A stretch of 34,482 nt of DNA, taken from contig MU271659.1 in the NCBI GenBank assembly GCA_021432655.1, positions 1 to 34,482 on the forward strand. The letters are read 5' to 3'. Under the pieces are notes generated by a model, which did not search any database, was not told the DNA's origin, and saw only the letters and a program-made list of their open reading frames with translations. Position 1 is the first letter of the stretch, and every line of letters begins with the position of its first letter. Source of the DNA: Atractiella rhizophila. Lineage: Eukaryota. The translations under genes were made by a program, and so were the position numbers. This document shows, piece by piece, positions 11,710 through 21,178 of the stretch.

Positions 11710-12093
11710 ACGCGTCGTGGTGGCGTTGTGATGATAATTGATGATGTGTTCCTGCTAATGTCAACATGCAGCGAAGAGAGAAAGAGATAATAGGGTAAAT
11801 ATATTCCAGCTGGTGCATGCAGCATATAAGGAAGCTGTCTGAGTGGAAATTGGCATCAAGCAGGTGATGGAGGTGAGTGATTCTTTCTGCTGCAGCCTCC
11901 GATGAGGCTGGTGGTGCCTTCGCCTCGCCCACATTCATCAGACAGTTCCTACTTTTCAACAGCAGCAAATTTACCTGCAAAACTGAAGCGCTCAACGCGT
12001 TTCTGAACTGAATATCTCCAAGTCAGCTTGTCCAGTCCTTTTATATAACTTCAATAAGAACGTGTAACACTGGCAGGAGGAAGTGGGACGCGT
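11710..12093. promoter_or_regulatory. Three MCB (MluI cell-cycle box, ACGCGT) elements upstream of MMS22
   Basis: ACGCGT at 11710-11715, 11995-12000 and 12088-12093. Confidence 0.6.
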
Positions 12094-12238
12094 AAACGAT
12101 GATATAATGTTGTTAAATCCTCGCTTATCACTGCGATAATCACTTTTTCTTGGTTGTGAGCCTTTCGTGGCCCCCGCTTCGTTCGAGGTGAAGATTGGCA
12201 TGGCAAGCCCCCGGTTGCCCCCCGTTTTATGCCGGGTC

Positions 12239-12960
12239 AAATCTTCCATCCTGTTATTTTTTCTTTCTCCTGAGCGAAATTATTCGAATTTCGATAAGAA
12301 TTCACTTCATGTGTTTTAAACTTCCCTGTGATGAGATTGGGTTCTCCACCCAAGCAGTCATCAGTGTAAGACGGAAAGAATGGGTTGTTAAGATTTGTAG
12401 GAAGGGCTTTCGACTGTTCGTACGAGGCCATTCTGAATCTCCCCTAATGCAGGAGAAGCTTTGCAGAACGGAGCGGGAATTCAGTGTACCTCTGATTTTT
12501 GACCTACAAAGAAATATATTATATCGGAAGCATTATCCTATTGGCGACTATTAGGAGCCTGGGCTCTTTGCGCTGAGAGATACCAATGAGGTGAATGTAT
12601 CAACTTCGTAGAATGGAACGGTAGGCTGCAATCTGATTTGCAAACTGTATGCACTACTACTATTCGATAAGTTGATTCTTAATCCTCATCGCTGTACTGC
12701 CAGCATGATACCAACACTCCAAGATCCATAAATGAAGTGGAAAGTGGTGGTTTGCATTAACAGTGGAGCGGGTCGATAATATTACATTTCAGGAATGAGC
12801 CCCTTTATTTTCTCAAACCAACCCAAAGACCGCTGCAAATGGGTCGTCATCCCGTTCCGCCCTTCTCACCTCTGCCACATTCCTAATATCGTCTGCCCAT
12901 TCTTTACCAACCAAGTGCTCGATGAAAGCAAGCGCCATGTCCTCTCCAGCCGTGACACCT
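12239..12960. repeat. Direct-repeat copy of 13903-14651 (last exon and 3' flank of the DJ-1/PfpI gene)
   Basis: Alignable by eye: only 2 mismatches over the last exon, roughly 85% identity in the proximal flank and lower at the distal end. Offset is 1691 at the exon. Confidence 0.92.
12813..12958 (-). pseudogene. Orphan duplicated last exon of DJ-1/PfpI gene A (fragment or alternative terminal exon)
   Basis: Encodes GVTAGEDMALAFIEHLVGKEWADDIRNVAEVRRAERDDDPFAAVFGLV*. It is preceded by TAG at 12961-12959. No other DJ-1 exons were found between 12961 and 13900. Confidence 0.8.
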
Positions 12961-13902
12961 AAGCATGGAGGACCCAAATGGGCAGGATCAGTATTTTGGA
13001 GTATGAGGTTTACAAGACGTTGAAGAAGGTGTAGCAAGGATTCTGCCATGAAACAAGGGAGGGAGGTAAGTTCTTCCAAGTGTTTATAGCTTGTAGCAAG
13101 CGGGTTAGTGTTTTCCAAGCAAGCGTGAAGGCTGGAGCTGAAGATTCACGAAGTGTCTTCCACAAATGTTGTCTAAAAAGCACCAAATGCGAGCACTAAG
13201 GCTCAAGCCAAGATACTATTGTAGTGAAGGAGCTGGAATGACTGCACCTATGGGCTGTTTAATTGGAATACAGAAACAGTCTCCCTCCTTCCTCTAATTT
13301 CGGCATTTCCTCACGTAATAGATGTCTTTCTATCCTAGCAGCGACTGATATGCTATATTCATTAACCAAGCAAAACTTTTGGGCGAACGCTTTGCTTGTC
13401 CTATTCAGCTTTGGCACAACTTTCGATTTTAAGTTTTTTTGCGAAACAAAACACTCTTCTCAATTAGGATGTCACGACTGGTTTGTCTGCTACCATAAAT
13501 TTCTTGCTTTTGAAGCTCAGTACAAGCTGAACATATCTTTTAGCCACAAGATCCCACCTCACGTAACAAGTTCATTCTCATTTTTCAGCCGTTTCATTCT
13601 TTCATCTTTACATGGTAATGAGGTCTGCACACAGTCTTGCTATCAGTGTAACCTGTTGCTGTGCATGTGAGTCTCCCTGCTCGCTTTTGCTTAGCTGACC
13701 AGCCTGTGTTAGAAACGTTTAAAGTTCTTCCATTGGCTCCCCTCTTTTAACATTTTGACGATCCTCGAGGCCGTGAATAAGGTGCGCCTTCGACCTCTTT
13801 GCTCTTAGACAATGGTGCTTGGTCGACGTCGATGATTTTCACGGTTGGCAGTGGTTGGACAAGGATCTCAAAAAGAGCCCTGTTCCGGCTAGGATGTAAC
13901 TT

Positions 13903-14651
13903 AAATCTTCTATATTTTTTCTTTTTCGTAAAAGCAGTTATTTGAATCTCGATAAGAAGGCACTTCATATATTTTGAACCTTCCATGTGAATAGGAGATT
14001 CTGTTCTCCAAGTATTCAGCAGTGTAAGACACAATAGGGGGGGGTTGAAGCTGAGTCGTTCAGATTTGTAGGAAGGCTTTCGACAGCTTGTTCGCGGCCA
14101 TTTGGAAACCCCCCTAATGCAGGAGAAACTTTGCAGAAGGGAGTGGGAATCCAGTGTACCTCTGCTTTATGAGCTACAAAGAAATATATTACATCTGAAG
14201 CTTTTTGGCACCTAAATTCAAAACTTACCTAATAATATTGGCGACCATTAGGAGCCTGGGCTCTCTGCGCTGAGAGACACTAATGAGGTAATATATCACT
14301 TCGTAGAATGGGACGTAGGCTGCAATCTGATTTTCAAGCTGTATGCAACACTGTTCGATAAGCTGATTCCTAATCCTCATCGCTGTACTGCCAGCATGAT
14401 ATCAACACTCCGAGATCCATAAACAAAGTGGAAAGTGGTGGTTTGCATTACCGGTGGAGCGGGTGGATAAGACTACATTTAGTGGACAAGCTCCTTTATT
14501 TTCTCAAACCAACCCAAAGACCTCTGCAAATGGGTCGTCATCCCGTTCCGCCCTTCTCACCTCTGCCACATTCCTAATATCGTCTGCCCATTCTTTACCA
14601 ACCAAGTGCTCGATAAAAGCAAGCGCCATGTCCTCTCCAGCCGTGACACCT
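13903..14651. repeat. Second copy of the 3' repeat (belongs to intact gene A)
   Basis: Homologous to 12239-12960. Confidence 0.9.
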
Positions 14652-15467
14652 GTGGGTCACGATTTCAGATTAGTTCGAAGGATTAGGAAATGATGGCCCA
14701 ACCAGAAGAAGTCCATATATTCCCATCTATTACATATCGTGCCTTGGGAACCCACTCGACATTACAGGATTCCGTCATTTTCTGTTTCCATAAATGAGCT
14801 TCAAGTGAATGGCATGGTGATGAAAATACTTGAATGGCAGTAAAGAACGCTTTGTTGGTTGTGGCTCGCTTCCCTGTCAAGACTCCTGCGCGAGCGAGAA
14901 CGGCAGCACCTCCACTGAATGTCTCTTGATGTTTGCTCGTGTAAAGGAGAGAGGAAGTGAAGACTTACCACACAGATGCAACATATTTCGCTTTTCCAGC
15001 TTTTGCCCGCACAAATTCAATCTCCTCCAAAGGAACTTCGTCTTTCCCTGTCTCCCTATTGGGAGGTGGCCCTTCATTCCAGTTCTTCTTCGTCATATCG
15101 CGAACCTTTACGGAGGAGAGGACCTACCAGCGGGCACCCAGAGTACGTCGTATTCCTCCGCCATAGCCTCTTTGTAGCTTTTGTTGGCAATGATATGAGG
15201 CACAACGTGCCCCATGAATGGGATGACTGAACCCTTCTTCACCGCCAGATAATCGAATTGGAGATCAAGACGTGGTTCTTGTCCCATGCGAGACTGCGCC
15301 ATCCCTTACCGAAGAGGATTGTGGCTGTTATTTCGTGGGAGAAACCATGACGCACCTGCCAACAGTTCGGCGGGTGGCACAAAGTCGCTCAGCGTGACGC
15401 CGTCACAGAGACAGAAAGCAAAACGGAGGCTGGCTTTATTGGGGAAAGTCACTGTAGAAGTGGACAT
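14504..15467 (-). CDS. DJ-1/PfpI (ThiJ) family protein, isocyanide hydratase InhA-like; gene A
   Basis: Six exons splice in frame: MSTSTVTFPNKASLRFAFCLCDGVTLSDFVPPAELLAG|MAQ..EYDVLWVPAG|PPPN..KYVASVC|GGAAVLARAGVLTGKRATTNKAFFTAIQ|KMTESCNVEWVPKARYVIDGNIWTSSG|VTAGEDMALAF..DDDPFAEVFGLV. It has the nucleophile-elbow Cys and the GKRATTNK and TSSGVTAG-D motifs. Confidence 0.9.
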
Positions 15468-16080
15468 TTTTCAATTTTGTGAGAAATGGGCTCAATACCA
15501 GGAATTTATATCCTGTTTGCGTTTTATTTACCGGCATGAGCCTCGACAGTAGAGGACTAGACATTTCAGCTCCCTTCCTCGTGTAGGAAAGCTAACGCCA
15601 ACGGGCTGCGAAGGGAACTTCGGAACTCAACGGCATAAAGGAAATCGTCGTTGTGTCGCCCATGATTAGACCTTTGAAACGCCGTGTTACAATTTCAAAC
15701 CGAAGAGGATTGTGGCTGTTATTTCGTGGGAGAAACCATGACGCACCTGCCAACAGTTCGGCGGGTGGCACAAAGTCGCTCAGCGTGACGCCGTCACAGA
15801 GACAGAAAGCAAAACGGAGGCTGGATTTATTGGGAACAGTCACCGCAGAAATGGACATTTTTCAATCTTGTGAGGAAATGGGCTCACTACCAGGCATTTA
15901 TATCCTGTTGGCGTTCTATTGACTGGTGTGAGCCTAGACAGTAGAGGACTAGACACTTCAACTCTGCAGGGAAGCTAACGGCAACGGGCTGCGAAGGGAA
16001 CTTCGGAACTCAACGGCATAAAGGAAATCGTCGTTTTATTGTCCCATTATTAAACCTTTGAAATCCCGTGTTACATTTTC
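15308..16080. repeat. Tandem duplication, period 391 nt (15308-15696 and 15699-16080): promoter, exon 1 and most of intron 1 of gene A
   Basis: The first 126 nt of the two units are identical. The remainder is diverged (about 85%) apart from a 54-nt identical block. Confidence 0.95.
15747..15858 (-). pseudogene. Orphan duplicated first exon of DJ-1/PfpI gene A (fragment or alternative first exon)
   Basis: MSISAVTVPNKSSLRFAFCLCDGVTLSDFVPPAELLAG with an intact ATG, TATAAA (15902-15897) and GTGCGT donor (15746). Its copy of intron 1 stops 3 nt short of the end, so the AAG acceptor is missing. Confidence 0.8.
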
Positions 16081-16098
16081 TAGGTAACGTTACCATCA

Positions 16099-17041
16099 TC
16101 ACACCAAGCCATGCACTTTCGCGAAAGGATCCTCATCCATTTGGGTGTGTCGAACCTCCAATATGCCTCTGATCCCTTCTGCATATTCCTTCGTGCTCAA
16201 ATGTTCAGCGAACGCCAGTGCCATGTCAGCACCAGCAGTCACACCTGTCTTAGTTTTAAATACTGCCATGACAAGAAGAGGGATCAGCACACCTGAACTC
16301 GTCCATACATTACCATCCACCACCCAGCGAGCTTCTGGTACCCAGTTGACGTTCAACCCTTCCGTTTGTTTCTAACCTAAGTTCAATTGGATGTCCTTGA
16401 TCTAGAAGAAAGAGATCTCAACACACTTCAACCACTCTGTACAACATTTTATTCGTAGTCGCTCGTTTGCCATTTAACACTCCTGCGCGGGCGAGAATCA
16501 TGCTCCCTCCACTGTTTTTATTGTATCAGAGATGTACCGGACTCTTAGACGGAGAGACCAACCAAACAGAAGCCACATATTTTGTTTTCGGCGCCTGGGC
16601 TTTGATGAACTCAATTTCTTCCAAAGGTGTGGGATCTTCTCCCGTTGTGGGATTGGGAATTGGTCCTAAACTCTGGATTAAATCTTGAAAGAAGCGCCAG
16701 GCAGGAGATGACGCACCAGCAGGTACCCAAAGAACATCATATTCCTCTTTTGAAGCCTCCTCATAGCTCTTATTTGCAATTACCTGTGGGTTGATCTCAG
16801 GTATCAATGCTGACACTGGGCCTTTCTGCGGAGCCAAAAAATCGAAAGAGACTCCGTCGTAAGGAGTTGGCGTTCCGAAGAGTGATCTGCCCAATGCTAG
16901 ACAGGATCTCGTAAGCTAGGCAAGATACGAAGACGTAGACGCACAACCGAGAATTTCGGAGGGTGTTATGAAATCACTCAAAGTGACACCATTACAAAGG
17001 CAGAAAGCTACGCGTAGAGGTGGCTTTGGACCAGTCGACAT
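16099..17041 (-). CDS. DJ-1/PfpI (ThiJ) family protein, InhA-like; older paralogue, gene C
   Basis: Same six-exon layout as gene A: MSTGPKPPLRVAFCLCNGVTLSDFITPSEILG..EYDVLWVPAG..KYVASVC|GGSMILARAGVLNGKRATTNK..VPEARWVVDGNVWTSSG|VTAGADMALAF..DEDPFAKVHGLV. Confidence 0.9.
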
Positions 17042-17388
17042 CTCTTGGCTCACAAGTTTGTTCGTGGAACTGTGAGAGTCTGCACATTTTTGGTTGTTCT
17101 TATAGCTTTCCTACAATGACTGGGCAGGCCGCAAGTAAGATGCTGGAGAAATGATTGAACAACTTGAAGGAGGGGGGCGGGACCAGAATCCAAGACCGTT
17201 GATTTCCTGCCCGTCGACTTCCTGCGATCATGTTTCGTGGCCGATCATGCCCTACTAGCTCCGTTGTTCTCATGGAAACGACCAGGAGCGACCTAAAGTA
17301 CCAGTTTGACACCTCTTGTGAGGCGAGTCTGTGCGGTTCGCCCAATTGGAGAGCCTCAGGCTGTTGCGTGTTGTTCTAGATTCCGGAT

Positions 17389-17690
17389 TCAAGCTGAAGA
17401 TGTCGCCAACCCAGCCCTCTCTACCAAAGCTGGCCTTCGTGGAGACACATAGGTGATTGGACCACTGTCAACATTGTTTCGAAATGCAAACTGTGATAAC
17501 AACAGTTGCGCATGTGAGAACTGTGGAATGAGACTTGGAAGAGTTGACAATTGCACATTGGGATCAAGCCCAAGTGAAGTGAGCACTAGATCCTTCAAAA
17601 TGGCCGCGGCCCGATGAGCCAGCTCCTGACAAGTCTCTTTGCCTGCTCAAGGCCTGAGAGCACACATGCTGCTGTGTCATGCATATCCAC
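17389..17690 (-). pseudogene. Possible decayed coding relic of unknown origin
   Basis: After a CTGAT..TAG acceptor-like signal, the frame reads YSGYA*HSSMCALRP*AGKETCQELAHRAAAILKDLVLTSLGL.. with two in-frame TGA stops. The region is CpG-poor. Confidence 0.25.
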
Positions 17691-17946
17691 TGTATGCTAA
17701 ACGATCAGAATGACGGCAGTAAAGAGTTCCAAGTCAGATCAACAGCGTTGAACATGTTCTCCCAAGTTGGGATGAGAGAAAGCTGTGAACAGAACCCCAA
17801 ACGACAAAGTCATACGTGCTCAAAATGTGCTGGAGAAAAAGAAATGTGAAATGTGCATTGCAAACTGAATAACCAAGCTAGTAGTAACTGTGGAATGTGG
17901 TACAACAATTAAGGTCAATAAACAAGAACAACACTGCAATCAAACT

Positions 17947-19916
17947 TTACACTTGTCTTGCCTTCTCGTTCCCTTCAAAGACCGAAGGGACAAGCATCGT
18001 GGCTGTGGCACCGGTTGTACTGTCACCTTCGATCTGTACACCAAATTTCCTAATATTGTCGAGAATGGTTGCTGTGATAGTTTGTCCCTCTTTGAGAGTG
18101 AAAGCGGTTGCCATTGAGGGCTCCCCAAGTTTCGTACTTTGAGCTCGCTGAGCAAAGGAAGCTGCTGAAACATTCGCGAATGTGCTGAGGGACCCTCTTC
18201 TCCTCTTCCTTAGCTCCTCTTCTTCATACGGGTTCTTTCGTTTCGTGCCTTTCGGTGGTGGAGGAGGCGTGGGTAGTCGAGGCGGTCCTGTGGGCTTGTA
18301 CATGAAGTAACCGCCATGACGAATGGCGCGACTGTTTTTTCTCGAACTGTGGGAATCGACAGATTGGACAGACTCGGACGAGGACGTCGAATGGGTGCCA
18401 TCCGCTTTTGTGTACTTGTCTGAGCCAATGTGCTCTGGTCGCAAGGGAGTGCGGCCAGGGAGTGCCTCATAGTCTAGAAAGGAGGTCAGAATAATTTAAA
18501 CAGCCAGGACGATGTATTGACCTGGAAGTTTGCTCGCTTCCCGTGCAGCGTCTTCAGGAGAAAGAACCTGTGACAAAGTTAGCACTGGAAAATGACAAGA
18601 CGACGACATGCCTTAAGCTTCGCTTTCTCAACGATATTTCCGTCATCATCCACCTCCTCGAAGCGATGACTTGCATTCATTCGAGGTGTTGGTTTCTGCT
18701 TCGTGATCAGTACAAACAATCAACTAATTAAAACCACTCATACCATGCTTGGATCATATCCCTTTGATTTCCAGTCCTCCATTTTCTTTCCCCATTCCTC
18801 CGGATCGATAGGACCTAATCTCCCACTTCCCAACTCGTCCGTTGGCCGTGGCCCGTACCAATCCTTGTAACTATCAAGAATTTAGGAGCTGTTGAATAAA
18901 TGTGGAATCGCGACGTACTCATACCACCAGGTTTTGTCTTTATTCGCCTTGGTGACCCTCCATTCAGCAGTATCGCGCATCGACCAGTTCTTATTAACCC
19001 TCCCCTCCACATCGATATCATAAGCCATCTGCTTCCATTCCCCCGTCGTCTCCTCCGACGTAAAAGGCACATGTTCCCACGGATCGTAAGCAGGATCATC
19101 CCAGTTAGGAACCGGAGGTGATGGTGGGGCAACCCGAAGGGCTTTCGTTCCAGGTTCGGCTGGAGCGGCCATCGGACGCTTCGAAGATGAAGGAGGGATG
19201 TAAGGTGGATACGGCGAATAGGCATGACTAGGTGGACGAGAATAACTCGTCGTTCCCATGTGAGGATGAGGCCGTGGAACAGTCGATCTAGCGCGTCTCG
19301 TTGATCCAGACCCGGCCGTCGTGTGCGGACGAGGCTTGAAGAAGCCCAAAGGATCGTCAAAAGTGTCAAGATCGAGCTCAGTGCGAGTCTGAGGGTTCTC
19401 AGCCTTCCTAGGATCCTCAATCTCCACCAAATCATCCTCACTCGTCGCAGGTCTTCCAATATCCTCCACATCTCGATCTCGACGCTTCCTCTTCCCATCC
19501 CTAGGTTCATATACGCGATTCCCCATTCTCTCAGGAACGAGATCCTCAGAGCTCGGAGATCGCGCTTTTCGCTTTCCAGAATCTCGCAAGCTTCCCCCAG
19601 CCTGCATTCCTGTCGCATTCCGGACAGTCGAGGCCTGCGTGGTGGTAGTTGGGAGCAGTGTAACTCCGCCGGTTTGCGGACGACCTGATGCAGGATTCGT
19701 CGGCACCGTTGTGCGTGGCGTAGCTTTGGGAGTAGCTGACCGATCGGTAGGGGTTGGAACACGCGCCGTCGAGGCTTTCCGGTGTGTTGGACGTGAAGTG
19801 GAGGCTGAAGGATCTATGGAAGAGGTAGGGGGAGGAATGCTAGAGAAGGAAGGAGCGTTGGCGAGTGGCTCGGGATTGTCCCTTGGTGGGGAAGCAGTAG
19901 GAGGATCAGGAGCCAT
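17947..19916 (-). CDS. Hypothetical Pro/Ser/Thr/Arg-rich, largely disordered protein (5 exons)
   Basis: ORF 19916-18882 links in frame to ORF 18444-17947 through three small exons (..WWYD YKDWYGPRP..YDPSM|KPTPRMNAS..KAKLK|VLSPEDAAREASKLP|DYEALPGRTPLRPEH..) using three GT-AG introns and one GC-AG intron. It has basic NLS-like clusters (KRKRRD, KRRR). No family was recognised. Confidence 0.72.
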
Positions 19917-19983
19917 TGTCGCTAAGAGCGGAACAGAGTGTAATGGGTGAGGGGGAAATGATTCCCTAGCAAGTGCCTATAAT

Positions 19984-20747
19984 TCAATACAGCCATAAGT
20001 CAACTTCTGCACATTCCCCTGTTGTTTCAGCAATCGAGAAAAAACTCACCGCACTGCAAAACGATTTGACCCAAGGCCAATCCCGGCCCATCTCCTGCGT
20101 GAAATTCGACAGCGTCGTCACCTCCTTCTCCACCACCAATCCTTCCAAGATAACCTTTTCATGGTTCCAATAATACCCCCAAGCCGACTGCTTCCCCCTC
20201 TCCTTTGTCCAGAATCTTCCCATCCTCAAAGCAATCTGCCTGACACATTCACCCCGTTCGAGAGTCTTGACATATTTTGTGATTGTTGACTGATAAAGCT
20301 CTTCGCATGAGAGAGAAGAAGCGGAGGGAAATAGATCGTTGCAAGAGATGAGCTCCAGAAGGGACATAAGGGAGTGGTGCTCGACTCGAGGCACCATACC
20401 TCCTTTCGACGTAAAGTTCCTATCACCTACCTTCAACATACATCCCTCAACAACTGAATGCAAACACGTACTCTGGCTGAGCAAAAAACTCTATTAGTGC
20501 TCGCAAAATAATCGAAACTCCAGTATGATTGAGTACCCGAAACTCTGCCATTCGATACAAGGTCATTCAAACCAGTCATATTCCTCATCAAATATGCAAA
20601 GGACTCACGTTCAAGGATCGCATCCCGAAAGCTGTATTGAACTGACCTCAGAGTCTTCATCGCTTCCTGAGCTGCCAGCTTCTTCTCCTTTGGCAAAGCT
20701 CGGTACCTCCTCATCGCTTCACTCTCTTGAGGTTGTGGCCGTGACAT
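19984..20747 (-). CDS. Hypothetical protein (3 exons, about 215 aa)
   Basis: MSRPQPQESEAMRRYRALPKEKK..RDAILE|QFRVLNHTGVSIILRALIEFFAQPE|NFTSKGGMVPRV..AEVDLWLY*, joined by GTGAGT..CAG and GTACGT..TAG introns. Confidence 0.68.
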
Positions 20748-21178
20748 CGTCGTTGATCTTTGGTGGTATTGTTAAGCTGAGGTAAAGTTGGTGAAGGGTA
20801 ATAGCGCTGAGAAGATGGAGACCTAGGAACAAAGGCATTGTTAACAATGAACCGTCGCAACAATAATGGCCAATAAAGACCCAAGATTCTTACTCAGAGG
20901 ACTAGTATGAATACGCACAGTTGTTGATATTCGATCAGCAATGCAGTTCCAACTCAGCAAAGTGACCCTCCTTCGTGAAACAAGGGAAATCAAGGGAAAC
21001 CAAAATTTCGGCTCCTAAATAAGTTCCGCTCCCTTAATCTCACTTTCCCGGATGAGACTGGAATGGGGTGCCTTGCCTCAATGAGAACAAAGGGGAGCTG
21101 AAGGGAAAGAGATGGTTGAAGATATGAACAGGACCACCTTCTGGCCAAAGGTATCCAAATAAAACACGGACGTACAAG

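Noticed and set aside
12813..13118. 101-aa ORF as a stand-alone gene
   Set aside because: It has a TTG start, and only the last 48 codons are DJ-1-like. The N-terminal half is read-through into unrelated sequence.
13263..13670. 135-aa plus-strand ORF
   Set aside because: TTG start, Phe/Ser/Leu composition typical of T-rich non-coding DNA, no motif.
15308..16080. CRISPR-like or LTR-like repeats
   Set aside because: The repeats are two long gene-derived copies with no spacers, TG..CA ends or internal retroelement coding.
18815..19762. 315-aa alternative-frame ORF overlapping the orphan gene
   Set aside because: Same-strand off-frame shadow in GC-rich coding sequence. The spliced model uses the ATG-19916 frame.
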